Part shown: positions 48,201-58,410 of the stretch, piece by piece
Position numbering within the stretch: the first letter of the stretch is position 1
How the letters are laid out: the number at the start of each line of letters is the position of its first letter
Source of the DNA: Naegleria gruberi
Lineage: Eukaryota
Assembly: GCA_000004985.1 (NCBI GenBank)
Contig: GG738922.1
Length of the DNA: 64,000 nt
Strand: one strand, 5' to 3'
Made by a program: the position numbers and the translations under genes
Notes under the pieces: model-generated
Seen by the model: only the letters and a program-made list of their open reading frames with translations
What the model was told of the DNA's origin: nothing
The model's database searches: none

Positions 48201-49624
48201 AATTCATTGGACGTGGATCAATCTTCCTCCAAGTTGAAGATTTGCCAGAATCTAAAAAGATTCGTAAGGAATTAGCTGTTGCTATTTCAATGTGTAAGAG
48301 AAATACTACAAGAAAGACAGTTGATGAAAAGCAAGTCAAGCAATTGTGGTTCAAATTATTGGATCAATTCAATCTTCCATTCAGTGAATATTTCAAATCT
48401 TACAAACTTGGTATTGAAGATTCATCAGTTTCAATGAAGAGAGATGATGAAGGTGGTGAAGGAGAAAGACTTCAAGCCAATGAAGAAACCGATGTTGAAC
48501 AATTGAAATCCAAGATTGAAAAAACCAGAGAAGCAAGAAAAACAAAGGAAAATGAATTGCTTGAAAAGGAAAAGGAGCTCTCTGAATGTGTCGATGAAGA
48601 AGAAAGAAAGGGACTTCAAAAGACGGTTGAAAATTCAAAGAAATATATTGCTCAGCAGATTAAGAAAGAAAAAACAATTCAAAAGCAAATTCAAGACATT
48701 CGTGATAAGAGCAAGATGGAAAAGGAGAAATCTAATCAAATGCACAATTTAGCCAAGTTGTGGCTCCAATTATTGGAATTCAAATTATTGAGAGTTGTTG
48801 TCTTGTCAGCTATTGGCAGTTTACCAATTCCTGAAATTTTGAAGAAATTAACCAAGGAAAATGCCAAATCAGATTTCTCAATGTACAGACAAATTTTACT
48901 TCATTTACTTGACAAGTACAAGTATGATTTGAAATTGTTACAAAATGCCAACAATGTGGTTGAGGAAGACACTTTCACATTGAGCAAGAAATTCACTGAC
49001 AGATTAATGAGAGGATTATGTCCAACCGTTCCAAAATGTATGCTCACTGATACATTACTTACACCTGAAGTAGATGACAATGAAGATGAAGAAAAGACCA
49101 ACTCAAAGAAGGGAAGAAGAGAAAAGAAGTTTGATGTTATCAGATTATTTGATACTGGATATGGTTATAGATTATCTGCTCTTGGTAATGTGACACGTTG
49201 TCCAACTACAACCACCTCTGTAAAGAAGAAGAAATTCGAAGTTGAAAAGACAAAATCAATTACAGAAGTTAAAAAGATCACTAACGAATTGTCAAGACTT
49301 TCACAAGTTGAATCTCAAGTCAAGAAGAAGCCAACTATGAAACTTTACAGAACTGCTCTCAAGGAATCTCAAATGGTTCGTTCTTCTACAAAGAAAGCTG
49401 GATCACTCGATTTGGTGTTCAGTGGACTTGACAGACCATTACTTCCTCCTATTGCCGAAGAGTTGACCAATATGGTTCCTAATTTGTTTACTACCACAAC
49501 ATCTAGAGATATTTCTGCTTCCAATGTTGAGACTAATGTTGAAAATTCAATCGTTTTTGAAGGAAGATATGTTTCACAAGAACAAATTATTGACTCTTTA
49601 CTTGACAATGCCATTCAATTCTAA
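42287..49624 (+). CDS. Very large (2445 aa) single-exon WD40 / alpha-solenoid / coiled-coil protein, possibly vacuolar-sorting (Vps8/Vps41-like) or Rav1-like
   Basis: Uninterrupted 7.3-kb ORF. WD40 signatures include LVSGHSDGSINIWNL, followed by long helical-repeat regions and a C-terminal coiled coil (KSKIEKTREARKTKENELLEKEKEL). No C-terminal RING. Confidence 0.8.
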   Translation: MSKENDDLDFLADDYDQPSQSPRTTSTRRLSTRPRVVLKKTSNSSSNSTSGRRDSINSNDELTLDQIQSPPSSSSSATTSPQSISSPPEPTSINPTRSGSSKIIIGSKIQKPINNNNSTTTNKPSLITESSSKVQTKKFMSNLLKSVQTTQNNSSQPSSPTNESQQQQQLNGSGGVATATTANANNSEGIVIDEAEEKRRDFDELMMKSSKRQQQQLFSDNDKKQITLDKLESLMQTLDRHDRVPLLDENINIVDLYSSDPSQIDAKQGIIKSNPPLFQKHDQPLDIDLFEEITSFSTIQRRYLSQDEMVKGDFKTSHEFQLKPTVGNLSSAVDEVREFVKKEKERHQIMMGGEEKSTQNESSSSLTGGGVPGASSSSSDLKSNLEKQVEHESHMEKAKKIFRKIEYRHVFKDLVNRLVMEKIGIPTILRVNSKFIAVGTSNGLIVLYHRKTENRLAILGSIQNEEITNLSGGKVVRPIQVTALDFGSKMTLPYEEFSAKSEQDLLMLYYRISTDQDDYTVNATTGGDKQQDEENIEVLSQTSRVLVSGHSDGSINIWNLSTFKPVKPLKGYFTKPVQKIVNLHKTSKQYNAIEFLAVDTSGRMKLFNVRKIMFAYYVDVQPILWANIPKEMTSFKSTNNLESENGESNSSQLIASSMTPEQQLKMKELEKRQQQEKILSTFSEFQVLPKSEGRHPLDRFVLAAVATESEVTIHSVKPSSRQIATLYNNSVLDMASGAASSAGSFMRKKITPKIAWKASQMVDGDHRGLTVSLNDQTNPYLAVAWGNRIAFYHVEVQQPSSFFNFMFGGNSNSASTNGQANINGTQNGSSQNGNSNANTPNGSSNMNVNMGGSDLPNIYFASEMFVPFNIEHIHWLTDDLFIVLDSKQSKMLLIDRKLESSTNWIEEVNCKDLMLDYISDPMMNIPNNLKKKYGLQYGGGFTRGSFDVSAFQYIEILRHSSITPQSLKHSMYNSSDSDDTVSIPSTTHSFASEMYRASYGGGGIVTVKHRSPTIYMLGASELRAMRCLSWDERVVALQTIGEYEEALNMSVEMFNDPTSIGALVGLPNKEEIQRHQAVSALISSILVDYRDTKLHQLQLDNGLTHQKVESLVQVARNCLQRAIEINDIELIEGTFMSFEHYGCEHIFFQLLVEELILNGALSRMMTIDSKKASYDFIQSQFMKIKDLYTSDADPEKGEKGLIDLSRYIKYHNNIDNEIAYDSSSIHPLSPKVRFERLESIILNLDISKLQIEYEIFLELNEKCKRYNLYRMHIYSNCVLNSDFITPVRDYLEDITISDLSTVETKEKADAILEYFKNIVTKGTIFTDAYHITDVEVLKKVKRLIVDFLFEQTRVVRMSSNSQEKHKNNGIAMLNLEKLIKYNPKETFDVLKLYFEEIAVEGSTVTSPFYTTFPRPIKNPLTKEEKGSILEEFIVTSFADCVNEGTGSNMSLRKWVPKLNREELIEAMKSYILDPPQGELDIEIDSPTFTLREKKYLYEFLGEMIARNILAEDKGQIKRIYTHLCHDNVFTSDETKELLKQFKEHEKASTETKKGKSLHLTEQARQESVERIMKQTSYLNERKEYLIKEYDFKRHRQNILMKILEKLESSNEQTISTILVRLIDYAQENNCYQAAVYLNRKKKDYKAVIKNYIDDLKLKKAIGHSQLDTPVFSYISELANDSEVITISIHDAILDHFLDLMKADSEEMTLLIVKYFPTLHPQVLNTLITSSIKHIEDERLLFNYLSKIINIYEGNNDLIDVKANTSSSTMSQFFTSMTRTKIDVDMELQYQYIRLLCKFEPHKVCDWLQTHQFPGEKAEEILEYCRNIPDAVSFLLERNGEVMEALNIVLKNISRETSILEETLSNISKKFDPENIRFSKYRHVKDIKERTRLQKGVTYTDAEEQAEQKGIKFFNVERILGLVDLEEIPLDVYLEARRKVLDGRGLLPNTSNVDKDDASVHSVNPLHYGLDEEFIGRGSIFLQVEDLPESKKIRKELAVAISMCKRNTTRKTVDEKQVKQLWFKLLDQFNLPFSEYFKSYKLGIEDSSVSMKRDDEGGEGERLQANEETDVEQLKSKIEKTREARKTKENELLEKEKELSECVDEEERKGLQKTVENSKKYIAQQIKKEKTIQKQIQDIRDKSKMEKEKSNQMHNLAKLWLQLLEFKLLRVVVLSAIGSLPIPEILKKLTKENAKSDFSMYRQILLHLLDKYKYDLKLLQNANNVVEEDTFTLSKKFTDRLMRGLCPTVPKCMLTDTLLTPEVDDNEDEEKTNSKKGRREKKFDVIRLFDTGYGYRLSALGNVTRCPTTTTSVKKKKFEVEKTKSITEVKKITNELSRLSQVESQVKKKPTMKLYRTALKESQMVRSSTKKAGSLDLVFSGLDRPLLPPIAEELTNMVPNLFTTTTSRDISASNVETNVENSIVFEGRYVSQEQIIDSLLDNAIQF

Positions 49625-49661
49625 AATAATATTCAAAAATTGTAAAACAAACATAAACATC

Positions 49662-52039
49662 TTAATTTTTAATAGAAGTAATGAGTTTTGTAAGAGTTTT
49701 GTTTGCAAATCTGAAAAGTGATAGAGCAAATGGATGTAAGAATTCATTCTCATTGTCGTTAACTGGAATTTTCAAAAGTCCACTCTCGGCATGGTAATAT
49801 TGTTTTGTTCTATCAGTAATTCTTTTCATTAATTCTTCTGCATCAACCCAAGAAAGATCAACCTTTTCAGTAAAAGGAACAGAGCTATCAATTATTGATC
49901 TTTCTTGAATTTCTTCGCTGGTAAGATACTCGAGCTCAGTAATAAATAAATTATACTTTCCATTTTCGAAATAATATCCCTCGGAGGTTGACAATTTGTC
50001 ATAAATGTTGCCAAAAGCAGCCTTCGTTTCTTCGTAAAATTCTCTTGCAGCTGTTTCTGCAGAGTTGGTATCAGCCTTTTCCCTCTTTCCACCGAATTCT
50101 GACCATGTAAACATTTGCTTGGCAATCTTGTATGGACTCAAACCTTTCTCAAAATTGATATTAGGATTTACATCGCCCTTTCCTCCTCTATTTTCTTTTC
50201 CAAGAAGGAAATAAACTTTTCCTTGGTGGATAGAATATGCAATAACACCTGCTGACTTATAATTTTGTTCAACTACAGGATCTCTTTCAATAATATCAGT
50301 ACTTTCTTGATTGGCTGCAATATCATAATGTGGTGAGTAGACTGGTTGAGTTGGATAGAATGAAGGATAATAACTGTAATAATTTGGCATTGGTGGATAA
50401 TATCCTGCAGCTGGAGCATAAACATTATGTTCTCCTGGTATAACTTCAACATAGTATGGGTAATAATAGACAGGTGGTTCTGGTTGATATGGATATCCAT
50501 AAACTGGTTGTGGAACATTCTCATGTTCAACATAGTTTTCTTCATTTTGATAGTTGGAACCTTGTTTAAACATTTTTGTCAAATTTCTTTGACGGGATTG
50601 TAAAATCTGCTTGATAAATTCATCTGAGGAATTAGCATTATCTATTCTCTCTTTATGATCGCAATCTCTACATTGAATAGTGAAAAATGTAAAATCATCT
50701 AAACGTTCAATTAATTGTTCTTCTTGATATTCTGTCAACTCATCAACATTATTATCATCTTTGAATTCTTGTAATATTCTTTGTTGTTGATCATGATCCA
50801 CAACTATTGGATTGGTTGTCTTGATCGACTTACAACTTGGACATACCATGTAATTTGAAATATATGATTGTAAAACTTGATCAATTAGTTTTGACATTTG
50901 ATTTTCTTCGTTCATAGAGATGGTTCCTCCATTCAATGTTTTAACTTTTACATCTTTTTCTTCATATTTTCCATTATTTTCTGTGAGTTCCTTTTTAACT
51001 TCAGAAATATGTTCATGAAGAATATATCCAATTTCATCATTTACATCAAAAAAGCATGTCTTTTCTGTTTTGAATCCGATATATTTCATAAGATCTTTGA
51101 AATTCAAATAAATATAAAATTATTATGAAACAACTTACATTGAGCTCTTCTATTCATTAAATTGGCAATTTCTGCCATATTAATAATTGATGTCTTTTTC
51201 ATTGTCAACTCTTGTTCAGCCTGACCCTCGGAATCTAAACACTTGTATTTTACAACTTGTGAAAAGTTTACAGTAGAAACTTTTGACCTAATCTTCTTTA
51301 ATAATTGTCTATGTGTTGGAGATTTAGACTCCTGATTATTAACATGAATTTCCTTGTTTGTAGATAATGTACCCTTCTTCTTTCTATCGACGAAATTTTG
51401 TTGTTGTTGACCAGCAGTACTTCCTCTCAATGATCCAGCCTTTGAATTGGTACCACCCACTATTGTAGTAGTAGAATTGTATTGATTATTCTTTGAGGTA
51501 GAAGATGATGATGATGAAACAGAGGAGGAACGTGATGTTGATTGTTGCTTATTTTTTTTGGAGGCTTGTTTTTGATTGTTATTGTTGTTGTTGTTGGTGT
51601 GATGATTGGAAGAAGAAGAGGCTGATGCTGATGAATGGTTATTTGATGATTTGTTATTGTTGTTGTTATTACCATTTGAAGGATGGTTAGATCCCTTTGA
51701 ATGATGAGCAGCATGATTAGTATTGTTGCCATTGTTATTACTTCTTGTGGATAATGGAAGTGAAGAGTTATTGATTGAATCATTGTGTGGTTGTTGTTGT
51801 TGATCGGCAGCAGTAACACTTCCATTATTGTGATGATTGTGCATCGCTATTGATGAACCATTGTTGTTGCTATTATTGTTAACACTGGAAGTAGCAGTCG
51901 TAGTGGTTGTGGTAGATAATGATGAAGAGGAGGACTTGTTTTTTCTCTTACGTCTATTCTTCTTTGAAGGACTTGTTGCTCCTCCATTGGTAGAAGAATT
52001 AGAATCAATACTTGTAGTAGATGTTGATGATTGTAACAT
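49662..52039 (-). CDS. Nudix hydrolase, Dcp2-like (candidate mRNA-decapping enzyme) with long N-terminal Ser/Asn-rich extension; join(51139..52039,49662..51094)
   Basis: ORFs 51104..52039 and 49662..51107 join in frame through donor GTAAGT at 51138 and acceptor caaAG at 51095 (42-nt intron, phase 1). The downstream part carries the Nudix box GGKREKADTNSAETAAREFYEETKAAFG. A Tyr/Pro-rich low-complexity insert is also present. Confidence 0.6.
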
Positions 52040-52354
52040 TCTTTGGTGTCAAATAGAATTTGATCATCAAATAGTCTGTTGTGATTGATCAATTCGTCAC
52101 GTAAATTGTGTACACACGACTGTAAACAAATGACAAGGGATGAAAGGATAAAACTAATTTGAAAATTTGTGAATTGTAACAAACAAGGAATGTGTGTAAA
52201 GTTGTTGAATATCAATCAATGCACAAACTCTTCACAGCAATGAAGAGAGATTGATGAGATCAATTTTTTTCTTTAAAAATAGGTGAAAAGTGCAAATTTG
52301 TTGATTTGAAAAAGTATGGCGCCACTTTACAAAAATTGAATTGTGAAAGATCTT

Positions 52355-55300
52355 TTACTTTTTCTTTCTCTTCTTCTTGTCGTTATGTTTCTTCTTGTTT
52401 GATGCTGATGATGAGGTAGTAGTAGTTGATGGACGTATTGGAAAAGTATATGGTATCTGACCATTGATTTTCCACATGAGAGGAATATAGGGCATTATTT
52501 GGGTTTCTGTTATTGCTCCATGCTTCTCATAGTCTGAGTGAAGATCATAGTAGAATTTCTGTGGTAGCCCTCTCGGAATGTGGTCAGGAGTTGATTTCCT
52601 GTATTCAACAAGCAAATGAACCAAGGACTCATTAGGCATCTTTTGAATTAAAAATCTGTAGTCCTTCAAGTTGAACTTTTGGAAGAGGGTGATCAATTTA
52701 GTCACTTCTGTTAGAATTCCATAAACCATTTGTACAGATAATTGAGGTTGGAAACCAATATTGGACCCTCCAAGCACAGCCAGTGAGGATAAGTTTGAGG
52801 TTAACATATTGGACCAATATCTTTCATTTTCTTCTTCTTCATCTTCATTGCTTGGAAGAATGTCTTTGATTCTTTTGAATTCAGTTCTGCAAACTCTGTT
52901 CTGGGCTACATCGACACGAGTGAGTACAGCTGCAGAAGCTGGCCTCATGAAAACAACAGACCACCACTTGGCAAGTTCACTCTGTGTAGATAACTCTAAA
53001 CCTTTTTCAGTTTGATATTCCAATTTGGTCATTAGCTTGATAGCAGTTGGCCTATCCGTTTTTACATCCATATTAGCTCCATCGAGTTTGGTTCTGATCA
53101 ACAATTTCAAATTTGCAAGTGTAAACAAATTGTAAGTTATTGGCTCTCCATCTCTGTGTAAGAGTTCATATTGTGAATAACTATCATTCTCATTGTATTC
53201 AGCCTTAGAAATGAGTGGATTGCAAGGTATGTGTATGAGTGGTTCCTTCAATGCAAGTGTCTTAATTGTGTATTTGTAATAAATTTGATTGTTATCTCTG
53301 AGAGTCCAGGCCTTTTTAATCATGGGCTTGTCAATAAATACTGTGAACTGTGATTCATCTGATTTTGGCTTGGCAATGACAGGTAAGCACCACTCCTCAG
53401 AAAATGTTGGGCCTAGTGTGTTGATCATTGCAGTGAGAGCACTGCTAGCACAAACGAAATCAATATCTGTGCATTGAGGAAGGATGGATTGTAAAATGAT
53501 AGGATCCTCGCTTACATTTGGAAGAATACGATGATGATAAAGGTTGGCTGTTGGTGTACTCTTCTTTTTTGATTCCTCAAATGGATTATATACATTTTCT
53601 GTAGGTGGAACAATTAATTCTTGTGTTTGATCTTCTAAATTATTTGGATTTAAAGATGGATCATTAACTTGGTAAACATTTGTTCCTATTGGGAATTTAG
53701 GAAGCTTTACAGGCTTGGAAGGTGTTTGTGTCTCAGATTCCTCATTGTTATCTTCATCAGCTGAGGCAACATCTTCATCTTGTGCCTGGTATAATATTTG
53801 ATTTCTGTGGAATTGGAAATATTTATCTGTGGTCTGATAAATGAGTTTTGAAAATCGAAGAATAGGGTCAGCAAATGAATTTCCAAGGGCTTGCTTGGTT
53901 TGTTGGAGTTGAGCAATACCAAGTGTTTGCCAAAGTTCAAAATGTCTTGGTAGGGCTCCAGTATTTTCCAAACTGGTTGCATTTGTGGGTAAAATTCTTT
54001 CAAATTTTCTCTTCTTTTTCATCTTGTCCACTTGATCAGAAATATATGGATCAATAAAAAAGTATCTAGTTTGTCTATTATTCCAAGCATCGTCAAATAG
54101 AGCTTTTCTAAAGGCAGCTTGCTCTTCCTCAACAACTTTCTTTAATTTGAAAAAGTATGCAGATGGAGGTGAAACCTGTTTTGAAAGGGCATTCTGATTT
54201 TGGAATAATTTAAATTGTTTGAGTCCCTTCATGTAAATATCTTGGTCATTCTCATCCAAACTTGATACTTTGCCTAGGTGAAAGAGTGGATTCTTTTCAG
54301 GTTGAAGAGGTTTCTTCTTTTGCTTCTTCTCTTTCTTGTTCTTTTGTGATTTGGATGAATTAGAATTTGGCTGTTGTGATTGGGGTTGTTGAGCAGGAGT
54401 ATAGCTATCAATAATAGGATTAGATTCTTCGGCACTATTTTCTTTCTTCTTTTCCTTTTTCTTTCGTTTCCTTTTCTTTGAATTACTTTCTTCCACTTTC
54501 TCTGCAACAATAGGTTGAATAGTTTGCTGAGTTTTTAGATTGAAAACAAGAGGTGCTGGAGGAGGTTTCGTCCTTGCAAGAAGTGGAATAAGTGGATTAT
54601 ACTCAATAATTTGATTCATATCTTTTTCTTCTACTGGTTTAGTTTCAGTAATAATTGTTTGAAATACCGGTTGGCTTGAGATAACCTCCTTATTTGGAGT
54701 ATTCTGTTCTGTAACTATTTTCAAGGGAACAGATTCTCTTTCAGTTGGCTCTAATGGTGGAATAATTCTAGTTTGCTCTGAAAGAGTTTCAATTCTATTC
54801 TCCTGATTATTAGATACTATTGGTGTTAGTTCATCTTGAACTGAATCAAGCCCTCCGATTTCATAATTGTCATCTATCATGTATAAATTCTCTGGTTCCT
54901 CCTCACTATCGGAATCTTGTGATGAAAAATCAACTCTTTCTTGTTGTTTAATATTAGTAATATCACTCCTTTCCTCATCAGTTATTAAAGTATGAACAAG
55001 TTCTTGTTCCTGAACGATTTCCTTCTTCTTTAATAAATCTTTAGAATATTCGAAAAGCCTTTCCAATTGTTGCTTTCTATCTGGTTTTAAAGAAGGCTCT
55101 ATTGAGAAATGTTTCAACAATTTACTTTCCATGTTTGGTGTTACATCTTCAATATAGTTATGCTCCTGACTATAATTCATCCAATGAAATAAATATTTAG
55201 AATTTGATGCACTCGAAGCTGTTGAATAATTTCTTGTTAATCTTTTAATTGGTTCCACATTCGGTAAATCAGACAATGATTTTAAATAATCAAAGTCAAC

Positions 55301-55525
55301 CTCATAATTTTCAACATTTTCCAATTTTTCCTCGTTACTATTAGAATTAAATCCGTTAATTGTTCTTCTAATACTTTCGCTTGGTATTTCCAAATTTGCT
55401 GGCAAAGGAGAGAGTACTCTTCTTCCTTCATTCATTAGTTTAAATTCACTAGAAATTTCCTCTAAATTAATTATCATCTCTCCATTATCTTCCGTTCTAT
55501 GATTTGCTTCATCCTGACTCATCAT
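52355..55525 (-). CDS. Large hypothetical protein, 1056 aa (basic KKRK-rich middle, conserved-looking C-terminal half)
   Basis: Uninterrupted ORF with ATG at 55525. Contains a polybasic NLS-like stretch. No confidently recognised domain. Confidence 0.7.
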   Translation of the reverse strand: MMSQDEANHRTEDNGEMIINLEEISSEFKLMNEGRRVLSPLPANLEIPSESIRRTINGFNSNSNEEKLENVENYEVDFDYLKSLSDLPNVEPIKRLTRNYSTASSASNSKYLFHWMNYSQEHNYIEDVTPNMESKLLKHFSIEPSLKPDRKQQLERLFEYSKDLLKKKEIVQEQELVHTLITDEERSDITNIKQQERVDFSSQDSDSEEEPENLYMIDDNYEIGGLDSVQDELTPIVSNNQENRIETLSEQTRIIPPLEPTERESVPLKIVTEQNTPNKEVISSQPVFQTIITETKPVEEKDMNQIIEYNPLIPLLARTKPPPAPLVFNLKTQQTIQPIVAEKVEESNSKKRKRKKKEKKKENSAEESNPIIDSYTPAQQPQSQQPNSNSSKSQKNKKEKKQKKKPLQPEKNPLFHLGKVSSLDENDQDIYMKGLKQFKLFQNQNALSKQVSPPSAYFFKLKKVVEEEQAAFRKALFDDAWNNRQTRYFFIDPYISDQVDKMKKKRKFERILPTNATSLENTGALPRHFELWQTLGIAQLQQTKQALGNSFADPILRFSKLIYQTTDKYFQFHRNQILYQAQDEDVASADEDNNEESETQTPSKPVKLPKFPIGTNVYQVNDPSLNPNNLEDQTQELIVPPTENVYNPFEESKKKSTPTANLYHHRILPNVSEDPIILQSILPQCTDIDFVCASSALTAMINTLGPTFSEEWCLPVIAKPKSDESQFTVFIDKPMIKKAWTLRDNNQIYYKYTIKTLALKEPLIHIPCNPLISKAEYNENDSYSQYELLHRDGEPITYNLFTLANLKLLIRTKLDGANMDVKTDRPTAIKLMTKLEYQTEKGLELSTQSELAKWWSVVFMRPASAAVLTRVDVAQNRVCRTEFKRIKDILPSNEDEEEENERYWSNMLTSNLSSLAVLGGSNIGFQPQLSVQMVYGILTEVTKLITLFQKFNLKDYRFLIQKMPNESLVHLLVEYRKSTPDHIPRGLPQKFYYDLHSDYEKHGAITETQIMPYIPLMWKINGQIPYTFPIRPSTTTTSSSASNKKKHNDKKKRKKK

Positions 55526-56487
55526 GGAGCATGTCTATTGTTTTATTTTTTTGTGAAGTTTTTTGCTTCATCTTCAATTTTAGGATTTGCTTTTTGGAGA
55601 GTTGTTTGATGATTCCAAACAAAAATCACTAGTAATAGTAAATAGATGATGTTGTGAAAAGTTTGGTAGCTTCAGTATGTTAAATAATTGAAACCACTCG
55701 AAGAACTCGAAGAATCATTAAAGTACATCCGTACTTGATGTTGAAATGTTTTTTTCATTTTCTTCTTTATTCCATTAGACCTTTTACAATCACAACCTTA
55801 CCTGTCAAATCTGATGATTTCAGTAACTCTTCATTGAAATTAGACCTTTAAAATACATTCTAGCAAACTTAATGCCAACACTTTCATTTATGAATTTGGC
55901 TTGTTCTATAGAGTCATTAATGGATTTTCAAAATCTAGTCTGCTTCGTTTGATCATTTTTTTGACAGTTTTCTTCGTCATACAATTATTAAGAAATAATC
56001 AAAGTGGTTGCCCTTCTTATAGTTTCCTGTGATTTCTCGCTCTGTTAAATAATAAAAACCACTTTTGAAAAACTCTCAAATTGACTAACACACATTTCCT
56101 CTCAATGCTAAATGCACAACAATAACAGAGGTTAACTAAAAAACACAGAAAATAAGGAAAAAAAAGACTACAGCACCACAGGTTCCCAAGTTGTCTCCAA
56201 CCTCAGTACTGATGTGGCTCGACGATGCTTAACTTCTCAAATCGGACGGGATGAGGTGCATTCATCGTGATATGGCCGTAGCCATTTATTTCCTTAATGC
56301 GATGAATAAAAAGAAGTTTGTGACACAAAACAAGAAAACATGAACTTATCAAGCTTGTTACAGCTACACAATACTCTCGGTTTGTCAAATTCTTCAAAAA
56401 CTGGCTTGTCCTGAGCTGAATTGCAAAGATTGGGAGCAGTAAATTGAAAAATTAATTTGGTGTTTGGTTGAAGAGGAATGAAATAAT

Positions 56488-57954
56488 TTATTCATCATAG
56501 TCTTCATCTTCTTCATCTTCATCGTTGGAGTAAACTTCATCTTCGTCATCTTCATCAAAGGTTGGAATCTGCTCGGGAGTTGTGTTATTTTGTAAAGATT
56601 TCAAACCCTCCAAATCATGCAAGTAAATGGAAAGCAGTTCATCATTAGCCTCAATACATGAGTTGTGGTTTGGATTACTCGAGTTGATTGTTTTCACAGA
56701 AGGCATTGTAAAGCATTGAGATTGTGAAAATGGACAAATGTACTTCTTGTCAATGAATTCTTCATACTTGTTTTCCTTATTCTTGACAGCTCTAGATTCG
56801 TCATCATCTTCATCGTTTCTGTTAGAGTTCATTAGGGGTGAGCGAATTTGTACTGTTCCAGCTTCCTTCTTCTTGTTAAATAAGGTGTATTCATTGTAAG
56901 GACCTGGAGCATTTAGGAAAATGATAGTGTCTCTTTTTGAAAGAGAATCAGACCACATGGTCAAGTACTTTCTTGTCTTGAGTTTAAAGTGTTCTTCTTG
57001 CATTCTACGAATTTGACTACCAACGGACTTGGCTCTCTTACTTTGATCTTTGGAAACTTGTCTTTTTCCTTGCTTTTTTCTAGTGACATACTTGTGGAAA
57101 GTTTTGTGTACAGTGGCGACCATTGGCTCTGCATTCTTTTGCTTTCTTCCATTTTTCTGGAACACACAACCACTGAAAGAACCACCATGACAGAAAATAA
57201 CACAAAATCCCTTCTCCAAAAAGTGATTCTTCAAATCTCTCAAAAAGAATTGGAAATCGTGATGATAATTCAAAGACATGATCATCTTGATACGATCTGT
57301 TGAATTTTCAAACACTTCTCTCAGCTCAGTGTCCATTCTCTGGTTGATTGAATGATTTTTACAATCTTCATAAATATACTTGAAAATTTCATAATAAATC
57401 TTGAAACATGAAATAAATAGTGGAATTTGTGTATCAACTTGCAAAACAATTTTTGTCTGATTTACGCCTGAAATTGAATGAAACTTGCAAGGAATCTTCA
57501 AAAGTAATGATGATGTTGAACAGAGTGGATTCTTACCATAGAAGGAATTTTCAACACCTTCCTTCATCAATTCATATAATTGATGATGAGCAGATACTAA
57601 TTCATACCATTGCTTGTTCACCAGAATTAATGAAAGTAATTCTTCAGATATTTTCTTTTCGGAAGCCTTTTTCTTCTTCTTTTTCTTTTTTACTTCCACT
57701 TCATTATCATCATAAATTGAAAAATCCATCAAATATAATAATATATGATTAATCACTCTCCGATTATGAGACAAAATTAAACCCTTTTCTTTACGTTCTT
57801 CCATAAACATGAATGTTTTTTGTGAGGGAGATTGATCAAAATCCTCATCATCATCGTCCTTGTATTTGATCCTCTCTCGCATCAGAGTAAATTGTTTACG
57901 GTCATAGGTTTTATTCACTCGATCGACAAAATTTGATAAATGTTCAAAACTCAT
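56488..57954 (-). CDS. VLRF1-domain protein (Vms1/ANKZF1-like peptidyl-tRNA hydrolase of ribosome quality control) with F-box-like N-terminus and acidic tail
   Basis: VIFCHGGSFSGCVFQKNG...VHKTFHKYVTRKKQGKRQVSKD...GSQIRRMQEE aligns to the Vms1/ANKZF1 catalytic core (HAGrFAGaiF ... HKTFHRYTVRAKRGGSQ ... LRRYNE). The N-terminal LLYLMDF...ISEELLSLILVNKQWYELV is F-box-like. ATG at 57954 in aaaaaaaATG context. Confidence 0.65.
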   Translation of the reverse strand: MSFEHLSNFVDRVNKTYDRKQFTLMRERIKYKDDDDEDFDQSPSQKTFMFMEERKEKGLILSHNRRVINHILLYLMDFSIYDDNEVEVKKKKKKKKASEKKISEELLSLILVNKQWYELVSAHHQLYELMKEGVENSFYGKNPLCSTSSLLLKIPCKFHSISGVNQTKIVLQVDTQIPLFISCFKIYYEIFKYIYEDCKNHSINQRMDTELREVFENSTDRIKMIMSLNYHHDFQFFLRDLKNHFLEKGFCVIFCHGGSFSGCVFQKNGRKQKNAEPMVATVHKTFHKYVTRKKQGKRQVSKDQSKRAKSVGSQIRRMQEEHFKLKTRKYLTMWSDSLSKRDTIIFLNAPGPYNEYTLFNKKKEAGTVQIRSPLMNSNRNDEDDDESRAVKNKENKYEEFIDKKYICPFSQSQCFTMPSVKTINSSNPNHNSCIEANDELLSIYLHDLEGLKSLQNNTTPEQIPTFDEDDEDEVYSNDEDEEDEDYDE

Positions 57955-58410
57955 TTTTTTAAATTTGTTTTTTGAAATGTAAAAATAGAAAACTCTCAAG
58001 ATTATCCTTGAAATTGAAATAAATGTTAAAGTATTTTTAGATATTCATGTTCACTTCTAAAGTTGAACTCTTCATTTCCAATTGGAATAAAATTATAGAA
58101 ATCATAAATTCCAGGTTCTAATAACATTTAACATTTGGTCAACCATGTTTGACATGAGTTTCATCTTCACAATTTAATTATAATGTGTTTCAATATTAAC
58201 ATTATAATTCGTTAAATTGCTTCTTGTTAGAATGAAATTAAAACTGTTCTTTATTAGTGCTGATATGTTCCTGCTGTAAGAAAAGGTCGAGCTATTTATT
58301 TTTAACAATAACAGTCATTATAATCAATTGCGTCCAAATAATCTATTGGACAGGCAAAATTAAACTCAACGAAAGTAGACTATTGAACGGAGCCATCTTT
58401 AAAAAAAAAT

